Assembly (NCBI GenBank): GCA_963782585.1
Contig: CAWAKL010000003.1
Location: 259,735 to 323,734, forward strand
Length of the DNA stretch: 64,000 nucleotides
Direction: 5' to 3'
Source: an uncultured Acidobacteriota bacterium
GTDB taxonomy: Bacteria > Acidobacteriota > Thermoanaerobaculia > UBA5066 > Gp7-AA6
Position numbers and translations under genes: made by a program. Each line of letters opens with the position of its first letter. The first letter of the stretch is position 1. The notes under the pieces were generated by a model. It had not been told where the DNA came from. It ran no database searches and worked only from the letters and a program-made list of their open reading frames with translations. Below are positions 1 to 8,599 of the stretch, piece after piece.

Positions 1-758
1 GGAGAGAGTCCCTCCCAGGCATCGAGGACGAGCACCTCCTCGCCTTCGCCCGTCGAGCCGGCCACGAAGACCGGCCTTCCGGCGGCCGCGCGGGCGAGTC
101 GTTCCGCGTCGGCGAAAGCCGGCGGGGCCGGAAGGTCGTACTTCAGATTGCCGAACGCGCGCACCCTCTCCGCCGGCGCTCCGAGCGTCTCCAGCCGCCG
201 GGCGTCTTCCTTCGACTGCATCGCGGCCATCGACAGCCGGGCCAGGGTCTTCGCGAAGAAACCGCCGAGGAGGCGATAGCGGGCGAAGGAACGTTCGGAG
301 ATGCGGCCGTTGACGAGAGCGACCGGGATGCCGCTGCGCGCGGCCCGCTCGATGAAGAGAGGCCAGATCTCCGTCTCGGTCAGGATGACCAGGCCGGGCC
401 GCGTGGCGGCGAGGGCTTTCTCGACCGGCCGGGCGAGATCGAACGGGAAGGCGTAGACGGCGGCGTCGCGCGAGAGAGTCCTCTCGGCGAGCTCGCGGCC
501 GGCGGCCGTGGAGACGGAAACGCCGAAGCGCGTCCCGGGCAGACGCCGCCGAAGCTCCGGCAGGAGGTTTCTCGCGACTCCGACCTCGCCCACGGAGACC
601 GCGTGGATCCAGACGCCTCCCGCGAGGTCGGGCCAGTCCGACAGGCCCAGGCGGCCGCGCACGTCTCCGAGCCGGCGGCGGCCCGCGAGCGAGCGCAGGA
701 AGGCATAGGGGGCGTAGGCGGTTAAAGCCAGAGCGGCGAGCGCCCGGTAAAGCAGCAA
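1..758 (-). CDS. waaA: Kdo transferase (3-deoxy-D-manno-octulosonic-acid transferase), N-terminal ~250 aa; the 3' end lies outside the window
   Basis: Absent from the ORF track because there is no ATG; the probable start is TTG at 756-758. Hand translation of the minus strand gives LLLYRALAALALTAYAPYAFLRSLAGRRRLGDVRGRLGLSDWPDLAGGVWIHAVSVGEVGVARNLLPELRRRLPG ... AFADAERLARAAAGRPVFVAGSTGEGEEVLVLDAWEGLS. This carries the KdtA/WaaA signatures (hAVSVGE and AGSTxEGEE). Confidence 0.75.
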   Translation of the reverse strand, partial: MLLYRALAALALTAYAPYAFLRSLAGRRRLGDVRGRLGLSDWPDLAGGVWIHAVSVGEVGVARNLLPELRRRLPGTRFGVSVSTAAGRELAERTLSRDAAVYAFPFDLARPVEKALAATRPGLVILTETEIWPLFIERAARSGIPVALVNGRISERSFARYRLLGGFFAKTLARLSMAAMQSKEDARRLETLGAPAERVRAFGNLKYDLPAPPAFADAERLARAAAGRPVFVAGSTGEGEEVLVLDAWEGLS

Positions 759-907
759 GACGCCGACAATATCGCGGCCGGCAGCGAGTTCGACTTGCCC
801 GCTGCCGGACAAAGATTTAAGATTCAATAGCTTAGATAGGGGGGCGGGGACCCCAACGGACCGGCATCGAGTTCCGTATACCGCCACAGAAGGAGACCTT
901 TCGGGAA

Positions 908-1534
908 ATGGAGCTCGTCTACAGCCAGCGCCAGAATCGCCAGGAGGCGGCCGGGCAGCCGGACCGCGAGCTCGCCATCCAGGCGCGGGGCGGCGACATG
1001 GTCGCTTTCGAGACGCTCGTGACCCGCAAGACCTCGGCCGTCGTCTCCCTTGCGCGGCGCGTCGTCGGCAACTCCGAGGACGCCCGGGACGTGGCCCAGA
1101 TGGTCTTCCTCCGCGTGTGGAACGAGATCCACCGCTATGACGAGAAGTACTCGTTCAACACCTGGCTCTACCGGATCGCCACCAACCTCTCGATCGACTT
1201 TCTCCGCAGCTCCCGCAGCCGCGAGCGCGCCCACGGGGCGACGCTCCACATCGTGCGCGAGCGCGAGGAGTCCACGGCCTCCGAAGCCACGCGCAACGCC
1301 GAGGACGCCGAGCTGACGCGTCTCTTCGAGACGGTCTCGGGTCGGCTGTCGGAGAAGCAGAAGGCGGCCTTCGTCCTTCGCGAGATGCAGGATTGCGACA
1401 CGCGCGAGATTGCCGAGATCCTGGGCTGCGGCGAATCGACCGTCCGCAACCACCTCTTCAACGCCCGCAAGATCCTCCGCAGGGAAATCGGGCGTCTCTT
1501 CCCCGAGTTTCTGCGCGGGAGGCCGCTCGCATGA
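908..1534 (+). CDS. ECF-type (group 4) RNA polymerase sigma-70 family factor
   Basis: 208-aa ORF. Region 2 (DARDVAQMVFLRVWNEIHRYDEKYSFNTWLYRIATNLSIDFLR) and the region 4 HTH (QKAAFVLREMQDCDTREIAEILGCGESTVRNHLFNARKILR) are typical of ECF sigma factors. Confidence 0.9.
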   Translation: MELVYSQRQNRQEAAGQPDRELAIQARGGDMVAFETLVTRKTSAVVSLARRVVGNSEDARDVAQMVFLRVWNEIHRYDEKYSFNTWLYRIATNLSIDFLRSSRSRERAHGATLHIVREREESTASEATRNAEDAELTRLFETVSGRLSEKQKAAFVLREMQDCDTREIAEILGCGESTVRNHLFNARKILRREIGRLFPEFLRGRPLA

Positions 1535-2091
1535 GCGCGCTCTGCTCGATTCTCCGCGCGAGTGCGGGCGCAAGCTTCGAGGACTATCGGCGCGACACGC
1601 TTCCGGCGCCGCAGCGCCGCATCCTGCGCGACCACCTCGCGGCCTGCGCGGAGTGCCGCGATCTCGCGGCGGCCCAGGACCCGACCATGCTCTTCGCGCG
1701 TTCGTTCACTTCGGAGGAGCTGCCGGAGGAGGATGCGAAGCGCATTCTCGCGAACGTGCGGACTGCGGTGGACTTCGCCCGGACGGAGCGCCGCATCCGC
1801 CGGACTTCGCGCCGCAGGATCGGCGGAGCCGTGGCCGCGGCCGCCGCGTTCGGCGCCCTCCTCCTGATGGCGCCGGGCGGCGCGCCCCGCGTCGAGGCTC
1901 CTCTCGCCGCCGGGCGGCCGACGCCCGCCGCCGCCGCCTCCGAGGAGACTTCTTCGGCGCTTCAGCCGGCCACGCTCACGGCCGAAACCGACGGGAGCCC
2001 GACCGAGGCCACGGTCTACGAGTGGAGTCCCGGCGCCGGCCGGGAAGAGCCTCGGGTCGTCTGGATCGTGGACCGGGGGCTCGACATCTGA
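1531..2091 (+). CDS. Putative anti-sigma factor (zf-HC2 type), single-pass membrane protein
   Basis: ATG at 1531 overlaps the sigma-factor stop (ATGA). It has an H-x3-C-x2-C motif (DHLAACAEC), one hydrophobic helix (IGGAVAAAAAFGALLLMAP) and a Pro/Ala-rich C-terminal part. Confidence 0.6.
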   Translation: MSALCSILRASAGASFEDYRRDTLPAPQRRILRDHLAACAECRDLAAAQDPTMLFARSFTSEELPEEDAKRILANVRTAVDFARTERRIRRTSRRRIGGAVAAAAAFGALLLMAPGGAPRVEAPLAAGRPTPAAAASEETSSALQPATLTAETDGSPTEATVYEWSPGAGREEPRVVWIVDRGLDI

Positions 2092-2146
2092 CTCTGACCC
2101 GAGGACGCCCCGCCGGGCCATCTGAACCGCCCGGGTATTCGTACAA

Positions 2147-2911
2147 GTGAAAAAGACGCTTCTCCTCCTCGCCGCCTTCGTTCTGTCCGCCACCGCTCTG
2201 CCGGCGGCGGAGGAGGCGGCGGTCCGCGTCTACGTCCTCAAGCACAAGCGGGTCGAGGAGGCGGCGCTGCTCATCCGGCCGCACCTCACCGACTCGGCCT
2301 CGATCACCCTGACGCAGCGGCTGAACGCGATGACCGTGACCGACCGCGTGGAGAAGCTCGACCAGATCTCCAAGGTGCTCGCGGCCTTCGACACGCCGCC
2401 ACGCGGGTTCACGTTCGCCGTCAAGCTCGTGCGGGCCCGCGCCGACGTTCCCGAAGGCTCGATCGCCCGGGAGATCGGCGGGCTCGGCGCCAAGCTGAAG
2501 TCCATGTTCCAGTTCAACGACTACGCCCTCATCGACTCGGTCGTCCTGCGGGCCGCCGAGGGCGGGCGGGTCCACGCGCAGTTCGGCGAGGAATACACGC
2601 TCTCCTTCACGGTCCGGCCGGCCGGCGCCGAAAACGAGCTCCTGCTCTCGCCTTTCAGCCTCTCGAAGGTCTACAAGTCCGGCGAACGGAGCGCCGTCTT
2701 CCTCCGGCCGCTCTACCGCTCGTCGATGCCCGTGACGCTCTCGCAGACGCTGGTCGTCGGTGCCTCGCGGGAAGAGAAGTCGAAGAGCGCCCTGATCCTG
2801 ATCCTCCACGCGCAGGAGCTGCCGCGGGGCGACGCGGCCGAGAAGGGCGCCCCGGGGGCGAAGGCGGCCGACAAGGGCGGGCGACCCGACAAGGTGGAGA
2901 AGAAGCCGTGA
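2147..2911 (+). CDS. Secreted protein with a secretin N-domain-like (NolW/STN-like) fold; hypothetical accessory protein of the downstream secretion/pilus cluster
   Basis: GTG start and a Sec signal peptide (MKKTLLLLAAFVLSATALPAAEE). VRVYVLKHKRVEEAALLIRPHLTDSASITLTQRLNAMTVTDRVEKLDQISKVLAAFDTPP resembles the repeated N domains of secretins. Its stop overlaps the next start (GTGA at 2908). Confidence 0.5.
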   Translation: MKKTLLLLAAFVLSATALPAAEEAAVRVYVLKHKRVEEAALLIRPHLTDSASITLTQRLNAMTVTDRVEKLDQISKVLAAFDTPPRGFTFAVKLVRARADVPEGSIAREIGGLGAKLKSMFQFNDYALIDSVVLRAAEGGRVHAQFGEEYTLSFTVRPAGAENELLLSPFSLSKVYKSGERSAVFLRPLYRSSMPVTLSQTLVVGASREEKSKSALILILHAQELPRGDAAEKGAPGAKAADKGGRPDKVEKKP

Positions 2912-4122
2912 GCGAGTTCCGCGTCAAGGCCGGCTGGCCGGACGGCTCGGTCGCGGAGCAGTCCGTCATGGCCGTCGACATGGGCGCGGCACGGCTCGAG
3001 GTCGAGCGCCGCGGCGGCCACGTCTTCGAGGTCCGCCGCCGGGGCTTCGCGCTCGCGCGGAGCTCTTCGCGCCGGGGGCGCGGCCGCATCAAGATGTCGG
3101 AGTTCCTCATCTTCAACCAGGAGCTCATCGCCCTGCTCAAGGCCGGCCTGCCGGTCGTCCGCTCCTTCGAGATCCTGCTCGAGCGCCAGAAGAGCCCGGT
3201 GCTTCGCCGGGTGCTCACCGACGTGCGCGAGCGCGTCAACGCGGGCTCCTCGATCTCCGAGGCTTTCGCCGAGGAGGGCGACCTGTTTCCCCGCCTCTAC
3301 TGGACTTCGCTGAAGGCGGGGGAGAAGTCGGGCGAGATCGAGGCGGTCCTCCGCCGGTACCTCAAGTACCAGAAGACGGTCATCGCGCTGACGCGCAAGG
3401 TCGTCTCGACGCTCGTCTACCCGGTCATCCTGATCGCCCTCTCGGCCGCGCTGATCGCGATCCTGATGACCTTCGTCATTCCCCGGTTCACCGAGTTCTT
3501 CGCCGACTTCGATGCCGAGCTCCCGCTTCTGACCGTCGTCGTCCTCGCCATCGCGACGTTTCTTCGAAAGAATTTCGTCCTCCTCGCCGCGGGGCTCGGC
3601 GTCGGGGGCTTTTTCGCCTACCGGTGGTTCCTGACGACGACGGGCCGGGTGTGGCTCGATGGTGCCCTCCTGAAGGTGCCCGTCATCGGCGGGATCTTCC
3701 GGCGCTTCGCGATCACCCAGTTCACCCGCAGCCTCGGGACGCTCCTGGGCGGCGGAACGCCGCTCGTGCCCGCGCTCGAGAATGCGGCCGACGCCATCGG
3801 CAACCGCTCGGTGTCGCGGAAGGTCGCGAGCGTCGTGCCGAAGGTTCGGGAGGGCCGGGAGCTCTGGAGGGCCCTGGAGGCCACCGGGATCTTCACCGAC
3901 CTGACGATCGAGATGATCAAGGTCGGCGAGTCCTCGGGCGCCCTGGAGGAGATGCTCTCGGCGGTCTCGGAGTTCTACGACGAAGAGATCGACCTGCTCC
4001 TCGCGCGCGTCATCTCCTTCGTCGAGCCGGCGATCCTCGTTCTGATGGGAGGCGTCATCGTGACGATCCTCCTGTCGGTCTACCTGCCGATGTTCCGCCT
4101 GATGTCGGCGATCAAGTCGTGA
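2908..4122 (+). CDS. gspF: Type II secretion / type IV pilus inner-membrane platform protein (GspF/PilC family)
   Basis: 404-aa ORF with the duplicated T2SSF domain layout: LIFNQELIALLKAGLPVVRSFEILL ... and again FAITQFTRSLGTLLGGGTPLVPALE. Three hydrophobic segments are present and it ends in LPMFRLMSAI. Confidence 0.9.
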   Translation: MSEFRVKAGWPDGSVAEQSVMAVDMGAARLEVERRGGHVFEVRRRGFALARSSSRRGRGRIKMSEFLIFNQELIALLKAGLPVVRSFEILLERQKSPVLRRVLTDVRERVNAGSSISEAFAEEGDLFPRLYWTSLKAGEKSGEIEAVLRRYLKYQKTVIALTRKVVSTLVYPVILIALSAALIAILMTFVIPRFTEFFADFDAELPLLTVVVLAIATFLRKNFVLLAAGLGVGGFFAYRWFLTTTGRVWLDGALLKVPVIGGIFRRFAITQFTRSLGTLLGGGTPLVPALENAADAIGNRSVSRKVASVVPKVREGRELWRALEATGIFTDLTIEMIKVGESSGALEEMLSAVSEFYDEEIDLLLARVISFVEPAILVLMGGVIVTILLSVYLPMFRLMSAIKS

Positions 4123-4141
4123 ACGGAAGGACCCCATAGGC

Positions 4142-5762
4142 ATGGCCAAGCAGCTGAACGGAGAAGTCAAGTTCGCCTCGCGCGCCGAGGAGGAGGCCCA
4201 GGCGATCGCCCTGGCGGAGAGGCTCGGCCTCCCGTACGTGGACCTCGCGTCGTTCCGCGTCGACGCCGACCTCTTCCGCTCGATCCCGGTCGAGTGGATG
4301 CTCCGCTACAACTTCGTCCCGGAGAGCAAGACCGAGCGCGTCCTCACGGTGATCTGCGCCGACCCGACCGACGTCGTGCGCCTCGACGAGCTCGAGCTGC
4401 TCGTCGGGCTGTCGCTCCGGGTCAAGGTCGGCAGCCGGGCGCTCATCGGCGATCTGCTGCAGAAGAGCGAGTCGTCGCAGCGCGTCCTCGACGAGGCCAC
4501 CGAAGACTTCCGGATGCAGCTCATCTCGGAGGACGAGGAGGGCGAAGAGACCCTCACGATCGACCGGATCACGCAGGACGCCTCGCCGATCATCAAGCTC
4601 GTCGACTCGGTCGTCTTCAACGCGATTCAGCGCCGGGCCTCGGACATCCACATCGAGACCCAGGAGAACGTCGTCATCATCAAGTACCGCATCGACGGCG
4701 TCCTGTACCAGGCGATGGACCCGATCGACAAGCGGCACCACGGCACGATCATCTCGCGCATCAAGGTCATGTCCGAGCTCGACATCGCCGAGAAGCGCGT
4801 CCCGCAGGACGGCCGCTTCAAGCTCCGGGTGCGCGGCCGCACGATCGACTTCCGCGTCTCGATCATGCCGACCGTCCACGGCGAGGACTCCGTCATCCGC
4901 ATCCTGGACAAGGAGTCGGCCAACGCCGAGTTCAAGAGCCTCAACCTCGAGGTCGTGCGGCTTCGACGGAGAGACGAAGAAGAAGCTCCGCAAGTTCATC
5001 CGCGAGCCCTACGGCATGGTGCTCGTCACGGGCCCGACCGGCTCGGGCAAGACGACGACGCTCTACGCGTGCCTCTCCGAGATCCAGACCGTCGAGGACA
5101 AGATCGTCACGATCGAGGATCCGGTCGAGTACCAGCTCCGCGGGATCACGCAGATCCCGGTCAACGAGAAGAAGGGCCTGACCTTCGCCCGCGGGCTCCG
5201 GTCGATCCTCCGCCACGACCCCGACAAGATCATGGTCGGTGAGATCCGCGACGAGGAGACCGCCCAGATCGCCGTCCAGTCGGCGCTCACCGGCCACCTC
5301 GTCTTCACGACGGTGCACGCCAACAACGTGGTCGACGTGCTCGGCCGGTTCCTCAACATGAAGGTCGAGCTCTACAACTTCGTCTCGGCCCTCAACTGCG
5401 TCCTCGCCCAGCGGCTGGTCCGCAAGATCTGCCCGCACTGCAAGGAGACCGTGACGATCCCGCCGGAACAGCTGCGCGAGGCCGGCCTCGATCCGGCGGC
5501 GATGGCGGCGAAGACGTTCTACGAGGGCAAGGGATGCCTCGAATGCGACGGCACCGGGTTCCACGGCCGCATGGCGATCGCCGAGATCCTCGATCTCTCC
5601 GACCGGATCCGCGGGCTCATCCTCGAGCGCCGCCCCGCGGCCGAGATCAAGCGGGCCGCCAAGGAGGAAGGGATGATCTTCCTCCGCGACGCGGCCCTCG
5701 CCAAGGTCTTCGAAGGCACCACGACGCTGAAGGAGATCAACAAGGTGACCTTTGTCGATTAG
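4142..5762 (+). CDS. gspE: Type II secretion / type IV pilus assembly ATPase (GspE/PilB family); frame interrupted by a 1-nt indel near 4951-4962
   Basis: The N-terminal T2SSE_N-like domain is in ORF 4142-5242. The continuation is in the ORF-5016 frame: FDGETKKKLRKFIREPYGMVLVTGPTGSGKTTTLYA (Walker A), DKIMVGEIRDEETAQIAVQSALTGHLVFTTVHAN (Asp/His boxes) and the CPHC...CLECDGTG tetracysteine motif. Confidence 0.9.
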
Positions 5763-6678
5763 GTTGCCGTTTCTCCAGGGCGCCGTGCCGCCGCACGTTT
5801 TCTGCCTCCTGCCCGAAGGCGTGTCGTACGCCCGCGTGCGCCGCGACCCCGCCGGCTTCGAGGAGGCTCGCCACTTCCGCTACCCGGATGGCGATCGGAC
5901 CGCGGCCTCTCCCGTGCTGACGCGCGAAGCGATCGCCGAGGCCGTCAAGGCCGCGCGCGCCCTCGCCGGCGGACGGCTCACGCGCGCCTCCGTCGTGTTT
6001 CCTGACGCCTGGGCGCGCATCCTGCCGGTCGAGCTCGAGAGCTTTCCCGACAACTCGGAAGCCGGGCGGGAGATGATCCTCTGGAAGCTCAAGAAGCTCC
6101 TGCCCGGGCACCCGACCGACCTCGCGGTGACCTGGGAGCCGATGCCCGTGCTCACCGACGAGAAGCGGGTCCTCGTCGCCGCCACCCCGCGCGAGACGGT
6201 CGAGTCGATCGAGAGGGCGTTCGAGGAGACGGGCGTCAAGGTCGGATACCTCGCCCCGGCGAGTCTGGCTCTTTTCGAGGGCCTCGCCCGGACCCTGTCG
6301 GAGGCGTCGTCGGGGGACTATGCCCTCCTCCACCGCACGAGCGGCGCGCTCTCGTTTTTCATCGCGCGGGGTCTCGATCCGATCTTCTACCGCCAGCGGC
6401 CGCCCGAGGGCCAGCACGAGGACGATGACGACGCGCACGACCGCGAAGCGCGCCTCTCGCTCTCGTACTACGCCGAGCGGCTCAAGGGTTCGGGGCTGGC
6501 CGCCGTGTACGTCCATGACGAGCTGCCCGGGCGTGCGCTCGAGGCCTCGGGCGCCTTCGCCGTGCCGGTAACGGCCCTCTCCGGGCGGCTCTTCTCGGCC
6601 GACGCCGCCTTCGACGAGCGGGTCGCGGCGCGGCCCGAGCTTCTCGCCGGGTTCGCCGCCGTTTACGGTGGACGATGA
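5752..6678 (+). CDS. PilM-like cytoplasmic scaffold protein (actin-like fold; no clear ATP-binding motif seen)
   Basis: The TTG start overlaps the ATPase stop. The 308-aa sequence layout is ASVVFPDAWARILPVELESFPDNSEAGREMILWKLKKLLP ... RVLVAATPRETVESIERAFEETGVKVGYLAPASLALFE. This matches the PilM/GspL-cytoplasmic pattern and sits upstream of PilN/O-like genes. Confidence 0.6.
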   Translation: MSIRLPFLQGAVPPHVFCLLPEGVSYARVRRDPAGFEEARHFRYPDGDRTAASPVLTREAIAEAVKAARALAGGRLTRASVVFPDAWARILPVELESFPDNSEAGREMILWKLKKLLPGHPTDLAVTWEPMPVLTDEKRVLVAATPRETVESIERAFEETGVKVGYLAPASLALFEGLARTLSEASSGDYALLHRTSGALSFFIARGLDPIFYRQRPPEGQHEDDDDAHDREARLSLSYYAERLKGSGLAAVYVHDELPGRALEASGAFAVPVTALSGRLFSADAAFDERVAARPELLAGFAAVYGGR

Positions 6679-7286
6679 GCCGCGTATTCAACTTCGCGCG
6701 GCGACCGTTCCAGGACGACCGTCCCGTCTACATCGCGGCCGTGGCGCTCTTCGTCGTGGGCGCGGCGCTGCTCGTCGCAAACCTCCGCCTCTTCACGGAA
6801 TACCGACGCCAGGTCGCGGACACGCGCGAGGAAATCGCCGCTCTGGAAGATCGCAAGCTCCGCGCGGACCGGAAAAAGGACGCGTCGAAATCCGCCGTGT
6901 CGGCCTACAAGCTCTCGGCTCTCGCCGAGGAGAGCCGCGGCCTCGCGAAGATCGTCGCGGAGCGGCGCTTCTCGTGGACGACGCTGCTCGCGCGTCTGGA
7001 GCGCACGCTGCCCTCGGAGGTGGGGCTCGCGCACCTGCAGCCGCGCTTCGATGGCGACGGCGAGGTCTGGCTGGAAATGCAGTTCTCCGCCAAGAACCGG
7101 GAGTCGGTCGTCAAGACGATCGCCGCGCTCGCCAGAGACCCGGCGCTCGAGGGCGTCGAGTTGAGAAGCGAAACCGCCACCGATCCGGGAAGCCCGGAGC
7201 CCTTCCAGTTCTCGCTGGGGGCCCGATACGAAGTTCCCCAACGGCCGCCGCAGCCGCCCAAGGGCGTCAAGGGGACCGGCCGATGA
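6675..7286 (+). CDS. PilN-like bitopic inner-membrane protein
   Basis: ATGA overlap with the upstream gene. The short cytoplasmic N-terminus (FNFARRPF) is followed by a TM helix (VYIAAVALFVVGAALLVANL), a coiled coil, and FSWTTLLARLERTLPSEVGLAHL, typical of PilN. Confidence 0.6.
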   Translation: MSRVFNFARRPFQDDRPVYIAAVALFVVGAALLVANLRLFTEYRRQVADTREEIAALEDRKLRADRKKDASKSAVSAYKLSALAEESRGLAKIVAERRFSWTTLLARLERTLPSEVGLAHLQPRFDGDGEVWLEMQFSAKNRESVVKTIAALARDPALEGVELRSETATDPGSPEPFQFSLGARYEVPQRPPQPPKGVKGTGR

Positions 7287-7939
7287 AGCTCCTGCCGCCG
7301 GGCTGGAACCGCCGTCTGCCGCTCGCCCTGGGCGCCCTCGTCTTCGCGGCGGCCAACCTCGTCATCTTTCTAGGCTACCGCTCGAGCACGAACGAGCGGC
7401 GCACCGCGCTCGAGGCGCGCCGCGACGAGCTCGCGCGCACGGTCGCGTCTCGCGAGGCCGAAGCGGACCAGCTCGCGGTCCAGAACGAGCGCCTCTCCGG
7501 CGTCTCCGAGGCCATGGCGGAGTTCTACGGGAACCGGATCGGGACCCAGGAGGAGACCCTGGCGACCCTCGTCGCCGATCTGCACGCGGCGCTGAAAGAT
7601 GCGGGCATCGAGGCGAACCAGGTTTCCTACGCCACGACACCCGTCGTCAAGCTGCCACTGACCCGGATGACGATCACCTTCCCGGTGAAGAGCGACTACG
7701 GCCGCTTCAAGCGCCTGCTCCAGATCTTCGAGACCGGCAAGCGCTGGATCGCGGTCGAGAGCGTGTCGATCCGCCGCGACAGCGACCAGCCCGGCTCCGT
7801 CTACGTGCAGATGGAGCTCGCCACCTACTTCGCGGACCGCGTGTCGTCGCCCCCGGCCGCGAAGTCTCCGGCGCCTCCGTCCGGAGCTCCGGCGTCGCCG
7901 GCCCGCGGCGCCGTGCCGGCGGCGAGGAACGATTCGTGA
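7283..7939 (+). CDS. PilO/GspM-like bitopic inner-membrane protein
   Basis: ATGA overlap. It has a TM helix (LPLALGALVFAAANLVIFLGY), a coiled coil and a ferredoxin-like C-terminal part (LTRMTITFPVKSDYGRFKRLLQIFETGKRWIAVESVSI). Confidence 0.55.
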   Translation: MKLLPPGWNRRLPLALGALVFAAANLVIFLGYRSSTNERRTALEARRDELARTVASREAEADQLAVQNERLSGVSEAMAEFYGNRIGTQEETLATLVADLHAALKDAGIEANQVSYATTPVVKLPLTRMTITFPVKSDYGRFKRLLQIFETGKRWIAVESVSIRRDSDQPGSVYVQMELATYFADRVSSPPAAKSPAPPSGAPASPARGAVPAARNDS

Positions 7940-8574
7940 AGGGCAAGCTCGCGCTCGGCTCGAAGCGTCAGGCCGTGCTCCTGGGCGTCCTGGCGCTGGT
8001 GCTGGTGCTGGCCGTCGTGCGGTGGAGACCGGGCGGCGCGCCCGCCGCCTCCCCGAGCGCCTCGGGCGCCGCGCCGGCTCCTCGCGTCGCCTCCGCGGAG
8101 GACGAGCCGCCTGCATCTGCCCCGCGGGGCGGCCGCCGGGCCTCCGCCCGGGAGATGAGCCCCGAAGAGGTCCCGGTCATTCGCAAGGAGGACTTCAACC
8201 CGCCGCGCGGGGCGGCCTCCATCGACACCGGCCGCGATCTCTTCGAGTTGCGCGACCCGACCCGGCCTCCGCCGCCCACGCCGACGCCGCGGCCGCCGGC
8301 GCCGGGCGAGGGCGCCTTCATCGGGCCGTTGCCGCCGCCTCCGCCGACGCCGACGCCGCGGCCGCCGGACGTCACGTTCAAGTTCCTCGGCAGCTTCGGG
8401 CCCAAAGAGCATCCGATCGCGGTCATCCAGCTGGGCGACGAAGTGTTCAACGCCCGAGCCGGCGACACGCTCTTCGGAAAGTTCGTACTCCGGAAAGTGG
8501 GCTATGAGTCGATCGATGTGGGATTCGTGGGATTCGCGGATTCGGAGACGAAGAGGCTGGCGATCGCGCAGTGA
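7936..8574 (+). CDS. PilP-like protein with a Pro-rich linker
   Basis: GTGA overlap. An N-terminal anchor (AVLLGVLALVLVLAVV) is followed by a long Pro/Ala-rich linker containing repeated PPPPTPTPRPP. The C-terminal beta domain (FKFLGSFGPKEHPIAVIQLGDEVFNARAGDTLFGKFVLRKVGYESIDVGF) resembles the secretin-binding PilP domain. Confidence 0.45.
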   Translation: MKGKLALGSKRQAVLLGVLALVLVLAVVRWRPGGAPAASPSASGAAPAPRVASAEDEPPASAPRGGRRASAREMSPEEVPVIRKEDFNPPRGAASIDTGRDLFELRDPTRPPPPTPTPRPPAPGEGAFIGPLPPPPPTPTPRPPDVTFKFLGSFGPKEHPIAVIQLGDEVFNARAGDTLFGKFVLRKVGYESIDVGFVGFADSETKRLAIAQ

Positions 8575-8599
8575 CGCGGATGAAAAGAGGACACGCAGG

